From contig JBIKWM010000002.1 in NCBI GenBank assembly GCA_044356305.1, forward strand, positions 132,053 through 196,052: 64,000 nucleotides of DNA, in the 5' to 3' direction. The number at the start of each line of letters is the position of its first letter. The stretch's first letter is position 1. Under the pieces are notes generated by a model. The model was given only the letters and a program-made list of their open reading frames with translations. It was not told the origin of the DNA and searched no databases. A program made the translations under genes and the position numbers. The stretch is from Flavobacteriales bacterium. GTDB taxonomy: Bacteria; Bacteroidota; Bacteroidia; UBA10329. Below are positions 1 through 9,900 of the stretch, piece by piece.

Positions 1-1304
1 GTGTTGGCATCGCTGTAGGTGTTGATGTAGAACCGCATGCCCGTGCTGAACTCGGCATTGTGCCAGCCCTTGCCGCTGCTGATGGAACTGGACCCGCTGC
101 CGTCCACCGCAGCGCGATACAGGTTGCGCTGCATGGGCATCTCATCGGCCGCCTGATAGAAGATGTTCCTACCATCGGCATCGGCCCCGTAAAAGGCCGT
201 CACGTCCCAGTCGCCTCTGGTGAGCTGGCGCACCTCTTTCCCGTCCATATCGAACAGGTACAGGTGGTTGTATCCGCTCTTCTCGCTGCTGTGGATGAAG
301 TGCCTGCCATCGGGCAAAAAGGTGAGGTCGTCTGTGATGTCAATGTAGGTGGCGGCCTCCTCGGTCAGCACGGTGCGCAGCCTGCCGGTGGCGGCATCGG
401 CCAAAATGAGCTCCAACTTGTTCTGCAGCCTGTTCATGCGCTGCACGCACAGGGTGTTGGGGTCGTTGGTCCATTTGATGCGGGGGATGTAGAAATCGCC
501 CCCGTCCATGGTCAGTGCCAGCTCGGTGGTAGTGCCGGTGGCCAGGTCGTGGATGAAGATGGACACCAGCGCGTTGGCCTCGCCCGCCTTGGGGTATTTG
601 AATCGTTCGTTCTGCGGGTACAGCTCGCCCTTATAGGTGTCCATGCCGAACTCGGGCACCTTGCGCTCATCAAAGCCATAATAGGCCAGCTTCTTGCCGT
701 CAGGCGACCAGTGAAAGGCCTTGGTGAACGAGAATTCCTCCTCATACACCCAATCGGCCATGCCGTATATGAACTCGTTCTTCTTGCCCTTGGTGGTGAT
801 GGCCGAGACCTTGCCCGACCTCAGGTCCTCGACCCACAGGTTGTTGTCGCGCACAAAGGCCACGCGGTCAGCGCTCGGGGCCAGGTCGGCCAGGAACACA
901 TGGCCATCGGCCACCTTGCGCAGCGAGCGCGCCTTCATGTCAAACAGCATGTACTGGTAGGCCGATGAGTGGCGATACAGGGGCCGCTCCTCGGTGCCTA
1001 TCATGGCAAAGGCCATATCGGGCGTGAAACTGTATTCCTCCACCGCAGTGCCGCTCAGCTCCTTGGCGCTGATCAGGGTGCCTGTGCGCTCACCGGTGCG
1101 GTAGGAGTACTTCACTATCTGCTGGGCATCGCCATCGGCCTCCACGGCCGAATAGTGTTCGCCATCGGGCAGCGATTCGAGGCCGCGCACCACCTCGGCC
1201 GTGAAGCGGCCATTCTTCCAGATATCCTCGAGGGTGATCTGGGCGTGGGCGCAAAGGCTGGTAAGACTCAGGAAGTGTGCAGCAGCAAGCGTTCTGATGT
1301 TCAT
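1..1304 (-). CDS. Dipeptidyl-peptidase IV-like S9 family peptidase, N-terminal beta-propeller part (partial; C-terminus lies beyond window start)
   Basis: Reverse-complement from ATG at 1302-1304 gives MNIRTLAAAHFLSLTSLCAHAQ (signal peptide) then ITLEDIWKNGRF...AEVVRGLESLPDGEHYSAVE, typical DPP-IV N-terminus. The plus-strand ORF 60..968 is its antisense shadow. Confidence 0.65.
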   Translation of the reverse strand, partial: MNIRTLAAAHFLSLTSLCAHAQITLEDIWKNGRFTAEVVRGLESLPDGEHYSAVEADGDAQQIVKYSYRTGERTGTLISAKELSGTAVEEYSFTPDMAFAMIGTEERPLYRHSSAYQYMLFDMKARSLRKVADGHVFLADLAPSADRVAFVRDNNLWVEDLRSGKVSAITTKGKKNEFIYGMADWVYEEEFSFTKAFHWSPDGKKLAYYGFDERKVPEFGMDTYKGELYPQNERFKYPKAGEANALVSIFIHDLATGTTTELALTMDGGDFYIPRIKWTNDPNTLCVQRMNRLQNKLELILADAATGRLRTVLTEEAATYIDITDDLTFLPDGRHFIHSSEKSGYNHLYLFDMDGKEVRQLTRGDWDVTAFYGADADGRNIFYQAADEMPMQRNLYRAAVDGSGSSSISSGKGWHNAEFSTGMRFYINTYSDAN

Positions 1305-1391
1305 TCTCAATTTGATAAAGAGGGGCGCAAATCTATCGCAGCAAGGCGGGGCGCACGTGCCTTGCAAATGTTTAAGAATCAAAAAGAAACA

Positions 1392-1745
1392 TCAATACCT
1401 GCGCTGTCTGATCAAATCGCGGTCCACAACCGTGAGGCGTCCGGTCAGTTCCCGTGCATCGCGCATCAGCTCAATGAGCATGAGGCCGGGCTCTGTGGGT
1501 CTGAAATCGGGCACCCTGAAATAGACCACACCACCGCGGGGCCTGAACCCATGCCTGAAGATCAGCTCCCCGAAGTCGCTGTCGTGGGTAAGTATCGTAC
1601 GGCTGTCAACATCGGCCATGCCAATTATCTTTCTGTCAGATAAACCAGGTGCAATCTCTGCAACCCAGTTCACATCAAAGCCGTGTCCGCGCAACAGCGA
1701 GACACTCGGACCATCAAAATTCTCATCGGCAAGGAACACGGTCAC
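1392..1745 (-). CDS. DUF5615-family protein (PIN-like putative toxin)
   Basis: 117 aa starting MTVFLADENF..., characteristic DUF5615 N-terminus. Overlaps upstream DUF433 gene by 4 bp (ATGA). Confidence 0.6.
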   Translation of the reverse strand: MTVFLADENFDGPSVSLLRGHGFDVNWVAEIAPGLSDRKIIGMADVDSRTILTHDSDFGELIFRHGFRPRGGVVYFRVPDFRPTEPGLMLIELMRDARELTGRLTVVDRDLIRQRRY

Positions 1746-1981
1746 GCGGCCTTCGACCTCGGCTCAATCATCAGTCCGTCCTTCACACAGTCATTGAGAT
1801 AGGCGAACACAGCCTTCAGATCATCCATGCTCAGGTGCGGGTAACTTGTAAGCAGATCCTGCTCAGACCAACCATTGGCCATCCGCTCCAGAATAAACTC
1901 AACAGAGATACGGGTGCCACGCACAGTTGGCTTTCCCAGCAGTACTTCACGGTCAGATACAATGCGGTCGCGCCAGTTCAT
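1742..1981 (-). CDS. DUF433-family protein (putative antitoxin partner of DUF5615)
   Basis: 79 aa with LLGKPTVRGTRISVEFILERMANGWSEQDLLTSYPHLSMDDLKAVFAY, the DUF433 signature. Confidence 0.65.
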   Translation of the reverse strand: MNWRDRIVSDREVLLGKPTVRGTRISVEFILERMANGWSEQDLLTSYPHLSMDDLKAVFAYLNDCVKDGLMIEPRSKAA

Positions 1982-2052
1982 GATTACAAAGATAGACCAC
2001 CCTATCGGGTGCCCTGATGCGGCATTCTACCTTCGCGACCTTACACTGCCCG

Positions 2053-3468
2053 ATGCCAGAATTCGTCCCTAACCCGGCCCTTATCAATGCCCTCGGAGCC
2101 ATTGTAGGTCAGGATAATGTCCGCACTGACTCTGACACGCTGACCACGTGCGCCTCAGACATGACCGAGGACCATGTGTACATGCCACAGGTGGTGGTGA
2201 CGCCCGGCACGCCCGAAGAGGTGGCCGCGGTGCTGAGCGTGTGTGACGCTGCCAACATACCTGTCACACCGAGGGCCGGGGGCACCAGCCTGAGCGGAGG
2301 GGCACTGCCCGTTAAAGGCGGGGTGGTGGTGTGGATGAAGCGTTTCAACCGGATCATCAGCATCGATGAACTGAACCTACAGGCCACCGTAGAGCCGGGC
2401 GTGATCACGGAAGTGTTTCAGAACGCGGTGAAGGAGAAAGGCCTGTTCTACCCGCCCGACCCCAGCAGCCGCGGCACCTGCAACCTGGGCGGCAATCTGG
2501 CTCACAATGCCGGAGGGCCCAAGGCGGTGAAATATGGCGTCACGCGCGACTATGTGCTCAACCTGCAGGTGGCGCTGCCCAACGGACAGCTGATCTGGAC
2601 CGCGGCCAACGTGCTCAAGAACAGCACGGGCTACAACCTTACACAGCTCATGTGCGGCAGCGAGGGCACGCTGGGCATCATCACGCAGATCGTGTTCAAG
2701 CTCAGGCCCTACCCGAAGAAGGATGTCACCCTGCTCGTGCCCTTCAGCACCAGCGAGGAGGCCTGCCGCGCCATCAGTGCCATCTACATGGCCGGAGTGA
2801 CGCCCTCGGGTATGGAGTTCATGGAGCGCGATGCCATTGTGCTCACCATGGACTATCTGGACAAGGTGCTCTCGAAACCGGTCAGCATAGACCTGCCCGG
2901 ACACATCAACGCCCATCTGCTCATTGAATTGGATGGCAACGATGAGGAGATGTTGCTGCGCGATGCCGAGACCATCACGCAGGTGCTTGAAGGATTTGAG
3001 ACGGGCGAGGTCTATTTTGCCCAGACCGAGAGTGAGAAAGAGGCCCTGTGGCGGCTGCGCAGGAATGTGAGCCCCGGAGTGAACGCCTACTCGCTCACCA
3101 AGGCCGAGGATGTGGTGGTGCCACGCGGCAATCTGCCAGCGTTGGTAACCTCCATTAAGGACATTGGGGCGAAGTACAACTTCCGCAGCGTTTGTTACGG
3201 CCACGCGGGCGATGGCAATCTGCACATCAACATCATGAAAGAGCAACTCTCTGACGCATGGTGGGACAACGAGGTGAATCTTGGTATCACCGAGATATTC
3301 AGGCGGGTGGTTGAACTGGGCGGAACCCTGAGCGGTGAGCACGGCATAGGCATTGCCAAACGGCCTTACATGCACATCGCCATGCCCGATATCAACCTCG
3401 AACTGATGCGCGGCATCAAGCGGGTGTTCGACCCGAACGGAATCATGAACCCGGGCAAGGTGTTCTGA
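2053..3468 (+). CDS. FAD-binding oxidoreductase, GlcD/D-lactate dehydrogenase family
   Basis: FAD-binding PCMH motif RAGGTSLSGGALP; C-terminal FAD-linked oxidase domain (GEHGIGIAKRPYM). Start could alternatively be 2017. Confidence 0.75.
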   Translation: MPEFVPNPALINALGAIVGQDNVRTDSDTLTTCASDMTEDHVYMPQVVVTPGTPEEVAAVLSVCDAANIPVTPRAGGTSLSGGALPVKGGVVVWMKRFNRIISIDELNLQATVEPGVITEVFQNAVKEKGLFYPPDPSSRGTCNLGGNLAHNAGGPKAVKYGVTRDYVLNLQVALPNGQLIWTAANVLKNSTGYNLTQLMCGSEGTLGIITQIVFKLRPYPKKDVTLLVPFSTSEEACRAISAIYMAGVTPSGMEFMERDAIVLTMDYLDKVLSKPVSIDLPGHINAHLLIELDGNDEEMLLRDAETITQVLEGFETGEVYFAQTESEKEALWRLRRNVSPGVNAYSLTKAEDVVVPRGNLPALVTSIKDIGAKYNFRSVCYGHAGDGNLHINIMKEQLSDAWWDNEVNLGITEIFRRVVELGGTLSGEHGIGIAKRPYMHIAMPDINLELMRGIKRVFDPNGIMNPGKVF

Positions 3469-3545
3469 TCACCCAAAAAGACCCTGATCAGAATTACAGC
3501 AGCAGTAAAGGGAATTGGTCCATGCAATAGGCATGGTAGATCGCC

Positions 3546-4094
3546 ATGACCTTGGTTTACTTTGCGCAACATCCGACTTACAACATGGATAAGGAACTGA
3601 TAGGCGTGGTACCGGCATTCTATAGCCGCTATGCCGAGCGCATGGAAGGGCGCGACCTGCTCACTGAGCTCGAGTTCCAACGCGAGAATCTGCTGCGTCT
3701 ATTGGGCAATCTGCCCGAGGCCCGTGGGCTGCACCGCTATGCTGAGGGCAAATGGAGCCTTGTGACCGTGGTGCAGCACATGACCGATGCCGAGAGGGTG
3801 TTTGCATACCGCGCCCTGTGTTTCGCCCGGGGCGACCGCACCCCGCTTCCGGGATTTGAAGAGGACGATTACGCAGCCCAATCGAGGGCCGATGCCGTTG
3901 GTCTGCGGGCCGCACTCGAGGAGTTCAGTGCGGTGCGCGAGGCCACCATCTGCCTGTACCGCAATATGGACAAGGCCACCCTTGCCCGTGTGGGCACAGC
4001 TAACGGCAGCCCCATCAGCGTTGCCGCCATCGGAGTGTGCATTGTGGGCCACGCCATGCACCATACCGAGGTGCTTCGCGAGCGTTACCTCTGA
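3546..4094 (+). CDS. DinB family (DinB_2) metal-dependent protein
   Basis: 182 aa with VVQHMTDAERVFAYRAL and C-terminal GHAMHHTEVLRE His-rich motifs typical of DinB_2. Confidence 0.55.
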   Translation: MTLVYFAQHPTYNMDKELIGVVPAFYSRYAERMEGRDLLTELEFQRENLLRLLGNLPEARGLHRYAEGKWSLVTVVQHMTDAERVFAYRALCFARGDRTPLPGFEEDDYAAQSRADAVGLRAALEEFSAVREATICLYRNMDKATLARVGTANGSPISVAAIGVCIVGHAMHHTEVLRERYL

Positions 4095-4136
4095 GGCGTA
4101 CATTCGCGCTGCGCTAACGGAAAATGGCGCAGAACG

Positions 4137-6215
4137 ATGAGACGTACCCTACTTTCCTTAGTGCTGATGGCCGCAACATGCACGGCCAGCCTTGCCCAGA
4201 ACAACCACTGGTGCGCCACAGAACAGAACGCCCTGCGCCAGTTGGAGGCCGATCCGGGCCTGATTCAGACCATTGAACAGATGCAGCGGGATCAGGCTGC
4301 TGCTGGACACAATGGCCCCGTGCGCGGGGGTGGTATGCGCATCATCCCCGTGGTGTTCCATGTCATTCATATGGGTGGTGCCGAGAACATTTCCCGTGCT
4401 CAGATCCTGGATCAGGTGCAGACCCTTAACCTCGACTACAGCCGTACCAACCTCGACACGGCCAACACCCGCCCTATCTTCAAACCGGTGGCCGCAGGGG
4501 CCAATGTTGAGTTCCGTCTGGCCACGCTTGACCCCAACGGCAATTGCACCGATGGGGTGGTAAGGGTGATGAGCCCGCTGACCGAGAACGCAACCGATGC
4601 CGTTAAGGCCGTGAGCTATTGGCCTAGCAACAAATACTTCAATGTCTGGGTGGTCAAATCGATTGACAGCGATGGGGGAGGCGGCACCACGCTCGGCTAC
4701 GCACAGTTCCCTGGTTTCGGCAGCGCACAGACCGATGGGGTGGTGATCCGGCACGACTACACCGGCAGCATAGGCACTGCCGCACCCTTTGGTGGCGCGG
4801 GCCGCACGCTCACGCACGAGGCGGGCCACTGGCTGGGCCTTTTCCACACCTTCCAAGGTGGTTGCGCAGGCGGCTTTTTCGGTGAGGCGATAGATGACAC
4901 CCCGCCAGTTCTTGAAGCCAATTCCACATGCAGTTTCAGCACTAACACCTGCACAAACGATAATCCTGATCTGCCCGATCAGATTGAGAATTACATGGAT
5001 TACACTGGTGGAACATGCCAGAACATGTTCACAATCGGTCAGGTCGATGCCATGAACACGGTGCTCAATTCTACCCGCTCCAACATTCATAGTCAGGCCA
5101 ACCTCACTGCCACAGGAACAGCCCAGCTCATTGAGCCGCAGTGCGCTCCCGTGGCGGCCCTCACCGCATCTACATGGCTTGCCTGCACAGGCGATAATGT
5201 GACCTATACCGATGCATCGTACAACGGCACCGTCACCGACTACGACTGGCAATTGCCAGGGGCATCTCCCGCCAGCAGCACTTCGGCCAGCCCTACGGTC
5301 ACGTATAGTTCACCAGGGGTTTACAGTGCCACCCTCACAGCCGGTAATGCCAATGGCAGCGACAGCTACACCGCGCAGAATCTCATCACCATCATCCCTT
5401 CGACTGTTCAGCTCAGCACTTTTCAGGTACAGGAGGGGTTTGAGCAGGTCAACCCTGATATTGTTGTCTACAACCAAGGCAATCTTGGGTCTATGTGGGA
5501 GAGAGATGCAGCGGCCGCGACCGGCTCCTACGGTTATCGCATCGACACGCGCGATGGCAACCCGGCCGGGGTATTGGACGAGTTCGTTCTTCCATCTATG
5601 GATCTTACGCAGATGGGCAATAGCCCGTCCCTCACCTTCAAAGTGGCCTACCGGCAACGCAACAGCAACAACACCATTAGCCAAGAGCGGCTGCGGGTGT
5701 ATGTCAGCGTGAACTGTGGCCAGACATGGGCCGTGCGTTACAATAAGGTGGGTACCAGCCTCTCATCGGTGAGCGGTGCCGTGACCAACGACTGGGCACC
5801 GACCACAGCGGCCGACTGGAAAGAAGAGTCTGTTAGCATGACCAATTTTATAGGCGAGTCCCACGTCCTGGTCAAGTTCCAGAGCACGAGCGATGCCGGC
5901 AACAGCATCTACATTGACGATATCAATATCAGTGGCCCTTTAGGAATTGATGGTGCCCATGCCTATGGCGCAGCTTCCATCAGTCCTTTGCCTGTTGATG
6001 CCACAAGTACACTCACGCTGCAGTGCAAACAAGGTGGGCAGGTCCATTTGAGCGTGATTGATGCCGCTGGCCGTGTGGTAGTTCAGCGCACAGAACAAAC
6101 GGGTGTCGGGGAGCAGCGAATAGCGCTCGGTTCATTGGCCCAGATTCAAAACGGATGGTACTCCCTGCGCATCAGCGGTATAGATGGCGTAAGGGCCTTG
6201 CCTTTTGTGCGGTGA
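4137..6215 (+). CDS. Secreted M43 (pappalysin/ulilysin-like) zinc metalloprotease with PKD domain and T9SS C-terminal sorting domain
   Basis: Signal peptide MRRTLLSLVLMAATCTASLAQ. Metzincin motif HEAGHWLGLFHTF (HExxHxxGxxH). PKD-like segment. C-terminal Por_Secre_tail-like beta strands (LSVIDAAGRVVVQ...GWYSLRISG). Confidence 0.8.
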   Translation: MRRTLLSLVLMAATCTASLAQNNHWCATEQNALRQLEADPGLIQTIEQMQRDQAAAGHNGPVRGGGMRIIPVVFHVIHMGGAENISRAQILDQVQTLNLDYSRTNLDTANTRPIFKPVAAGANVEFRLATLDPNGNCTDGVVRVMSPLTENATDAVKAVSYWPSNKYFNVWVVKSIDSDGGGGTTLGYAQFPGFGSAQTDGVVIRHDYTGSIGTAAPFGGAGRTLTHEAGHWLGLFHTFQGGCAGGFFGEAIDDTPPVLEANSTCSFSTNTCTNDNPDLPDQIENYMDYTGGTCQNMFTIGQVDAMNTVLNSTRSNIHSQANLTATGTAQLIEPQCAPVAALTASTWLACTGDNVTYTDASYNGTVTDYDWQLPGASPASSTSASPTVTYSSPGVYSATLTAGNANGSDSYTAQNLITIIPSTVQLSTFQVQEGFEQVNPDIVVYNQGNLGSMWERDAAAATGSYGYRIDTRDGNPAGVLDEFVLPSMDLTQMGNSPSLTFKVAYRQRNSNNTISQERLRVYVSVNCGQTWAVRYNKVGTSLSSVSGAVTNDWAPTTAADWKEESVSMTNFIGESHVLVKFQSTSDAGNSIYIDDINISGPLGIDGAHAYGAASISPLPVDATSTLTLQCKQGGQVHLSVIDAAGRVVVQRTEQTGVGEQRIALGSLAQIQNGWYSLRISGIDGVRALPFVR

Positions 6216-6590
6216 CACCATTTAGTATTCTATCCTAACGGCACCCAATCATATAGCGCCCTTGAGGCTGAAGAAGTATCACGGTCATTTGAGGCAGACG
6301 TACTCTGCCTTAGAAATATCGTTCCGCAATGCTGGGGAGGGCAATCGACACCACCCAGTAGCGATCATTTTTGGCTCGCAGGGCTAATCAGTGTGGTGGC
6401 CCACCGTTACCTCTCGAAACAGACCACATTCACGTCCTTCATGACTGAGGGCGGTTGAGTCCTTCGCTTGTCAGTTCAATGCAGCCCGCGGTGCATGTCC
6501 GTCTATCGGATGTGCTTGGCCTGGCACAAGTGCCTCGCCTCGAGCCATTCAACGACCGGCAACCATAACCCGTTTGCCCACACCTTACCC

Positions 6591-6878
6591 TTACTCAGGT
6601 TTTATCCCATACTTCTTGAAATAGGCCGCCTTCTTCTCATTCAAGCGGGCCCGTTCTCCCTCATAGTCATTGATGTTGTTCTTATTCGCCTCAATCTTGG
6701 CCTCAAACTCTTTTATCGCTCTCAGTTCGCGCGCAGCCTCATTCTCCTGTTCAACTGACTGGGTGCTGGTGGTTGTGCCCTGCGAAGTGCCCTGCGAAGT
6801 GCCCTGCGATGTACTCTGCGCCACGCAAATGCCACTGAATGCGGCCACCAGTATGAATGTTAGCGTCTGCTTTTTCAT
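6591..6878 (-). CDS. Small secreted protein (95 aa), paralog of 18346..18663 and 18716..18994
   Basis: Signal peptide MKKQTLTFILVAAFSGICVAQ, STSQGT x3 linker, then charged helix AIKEFEAKIEANKNN. Similar architecture to the two other small secreted ORFs. Confidence 0.5.
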   Translation of the reverse strand: MKKQTLTFILVAAFSGICVAQSTSQGTSQGTSQGTTTSTQSVEQENEAARELRAIKEFEAKIEANKNNINDYEGERARLNEKKAAYFKKYGIKPE

Positions 6879-6910
6879 TTTCCGTTTATCTGATTTGATT
6901 TCAAATGTAT

Positions 6911-6938
6911 GGAAAAAGGAAAGGGGCCGAAGCCCCTC
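6911..6938 (-). terminator. Intrinsic terminator downstream of giant adhesin gene
   Basis: Hairpin aggggc-cgaa-gcccct at 6922-6937, followed on the minus strand by ttcctttttcc. Confidence 0.45.
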
Positions 6939-6961
6939 GCCCTTTCCCTTTCACTGCGCTC

Positions 6962-9900
6962 TCAACGCATCACTTGTATCAGGCTCGATGTCCCTCGCCC
7001 ATCATTGTTCAACACCTGCAGCAGGTATGTACCGCTGGCCACATCGAGGCTGATCTCCTGCCTGATGTCGCCCATCTGCGCAATGGTCTGCCTGAACAGC
7101 ACTCGGCCAGTGAGTTCGGTCACAATGAAGGTAAGCTCCTCTTTGGCCTCACCCACTGCCACGGTGAACTGACCGCCCGATGGGTTGGGATACACGCTGA
7201 TGTAGTCGAAGCCCACCTCCTCAATACCAATGTAGGAGAACTCAATGGTATCAGAGCTCGTTTCGCAACCATTCGGATCTGTGTAGATCACCCAGTAGTA
7301 TCCGCTCTCCACCGCGTCATACGACTGGTCATTGGCACCTGGAATCGGGTCACCGTTGTGGAACCACTGGTACCCGGTTGTCACTTGATCCACGGTCAGC
7401 GTGTTACCGTTGGCAGTGATAATGCCTGTGGTCACCGGCAGGTTAGTCACGACAACCGGTGCAGATGTGGCTATACAACCGTTTGCATCAACTGTGGTGA
7501 CCGTATAGTCTCCAGGGGCCGAAGCATGGGTGAATGATGCAGTGGCCTGATTCGGCAGCCACAGGTACTGTGAAGCGGTTGAAGAGGTCAACAATACAGC
7601 ATCTCCTGGGCAGATATCAGTAGGACCTTGTGGAGTAACAACAGGCACCACAGGTGTGACCACATTGAAGTTGACACCAGACAGGGCCAACGATGCGCAT
7701 ATGGCTCCTCCACCCTGCAGCAACTGGGCATTGACCGAAGCCACGGTAGTCACGCCATTCTGTATCGTTGCTGTGCTGAACGTGTTAGGATCATACACGA
7801 ACGTGTGAATTGTGTAAATGCCATTGGAATTCACAGCAAATGAAGGAGTGGTGTTGGTCTGCTGAATTATCCCTCCCTGAACCAAGAGATACAAAGTCTG
7901 GAAGCCTGTGGGGACAATTGAGTTACCCGAAGGTGTGGCGTCAAGTGTCACTGTCTGTCCAGGGGTGAGGCATGCGGGAGCAGCACTCGCGTTCAGTGTG
8001 CCCGCACTCACCGGGCAAGCATTGCTCGACACGGTCACAGTCTGGCAGAACTGGTCAGTTCCGCAGCTGTTCGTGACAGTGAGGCACACATTGTACGTGC
8101 CATCGGCCAGATACGTGTGGGTCGGGCTGGCGCTTGTTGAAGTACCGCTGTCACCGAAATCCCAAGCGTATGTGGTGGCATCTGTGCTAGCATCAGTGAA
8201 TGTCACAGTAAGCAGGTTGGCCGATGCCGTGAATGATGCAACCGGCAGATTGCCGCCTGTTGTAACAGTCGCTGTTCCGCTCACAGTTCCAGGGCAGCCT
8301 GAGGCGTCAGAGACGCTTATGAGTATATAATCACCAGGAACGGTCACATTCTGGCTATACGGACTGGCGGTGATTCCCGTGATTGGGAAAGGTCCGCCTG
8401 GGGTGCTGACCACAACATCCCATGGACCGACACCAGTCAAAGTCCCGGTAATATCCACACCAGCACCTGCGCAGATGGCGCCTCCACCACTGATATCGGC
8501 AGTCGGGCCTGAATTCACGGTCACATCAATCGTGTTCGATGTGGCCGAGCAGCCGTTTGCGTCCACGGTGGTAACGCTGTACGTGCCAGTAGCTGTGGCT
8601 GTGATGGTCTGTGTATTGCCCGATGGTGTCCAAGAATAACTGTTGGCCGTGCTCGATTGAATATCCACACTACCACCTTGACAGAAAGACACGGGGCCAA
8701 GGGCAGTAACGGTCGGAACGATGGCATCAACCACAGTCACAGTGGCACCTACCAGATCTAGCGAACCACAGAAAGTGCCGCCACCTTGGATCAACTGGCC
8801 ATTTACAAGTGCCACAGGCACAGGCAATGGAACGGATGTCGGATCAATGTCGGCAGGGTTGTACACAAGAGTGTGCAGCGTATAGGTGCCCGTTGCAGTT
8901 ACCGTGAATGTCGGTGTGGCCGACACCTGAACAATGTTGGTGCCTTGGCTCAGTGCATAGACTGTGGCAAATCCGCCAGGCACAACAGCATTGCCTCCAG
9001 GGGTGCCGGTCAGCGTAGCTGTTCCATTAACAAGGCAGGCTGTTGCGCTGCTGCTAATGGTTCCCGCAGCCGCAGTACAGCTCGCGCTGGTCACAGTCAC
9101 CGACTGGCATATCTGGTTCGTGCCGCAATTGTTCGTCACAGTAAGACACACGTTATATGTGCCCGCAGTTGTGTAAGTATGGGTCGGATTCTGTTGGGTC
9201 GATGTATTGCTGTCGCCAAAATCCCAGGCCCATGTTGTCGGAGAACCTGTGCTCGCATCGGTAAACACAACTGTCAGGTCTGTCGGGGCCGAGGTGAATG
9301 CAGCTGTAGGTCCATTCCCTGAAGTTACTATGGCTGAACCGCTGACAGTTCCTGGGCAGCTGGTGGCATCAGTAACCGAAACGATGGTGTAAGTGCCTGG
9401 CAACGTCACATTCTGAGTGAATGGGCTAGTGACAATCGGAGGTAGTGGAATATCGTTCAAACCATCATTCAGTACCACCGTCCAAGGGCCTGTTCCTGTA
9501 AATGTGCCTGTGATATCAACACCGACTCCGTTACATACCTGCCCGCCTCCGCTGATGGTGGCAGTCGGAGAAGTAGTAACAGTAACAGTTGCGCTACCTG
9601 AAACTGTACCAGGACATGACGAAGCATCGGCCACTGACACGAGGGAATAGTTCCCTGCTGCGCCAACAGCTTGGGTAAACGGACTACTGGTCACATTAAT
9701 TGTTGAGTTAGTGCTTCCATCGTTCATCACAACTGTCCATGGGCCAGTGCCTGTAGTGGTAATTGTCAGATCAACAGTCTGACCAGAACAGGCGGTACCT
9801 CCACCACTCAAGGTAGCGGTCGGGGCCGGGTTCACAGTGACAACAGTGGCTGTAGAAGTGGCAGAACAGTTGTTGAGGTCATTCACTGTTACAGTGTAAG

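Noticed and set aside
60-968. 302-aa plus-strand ORF
   Set aside because: Antisense to the DPP-IV gene, whose reverse-complement translation gives a textbook signal peptide and ITLEDIW... N-terminus. The plus-strand translation is Gly/Ala/Val-rich with no motifs.
2377-3375. 332-aa minus-strand ORF
   Set aside because: Antisense to the FAD-oxidase gene, which has clear PCMH motifs. Its translation is low-complexity.
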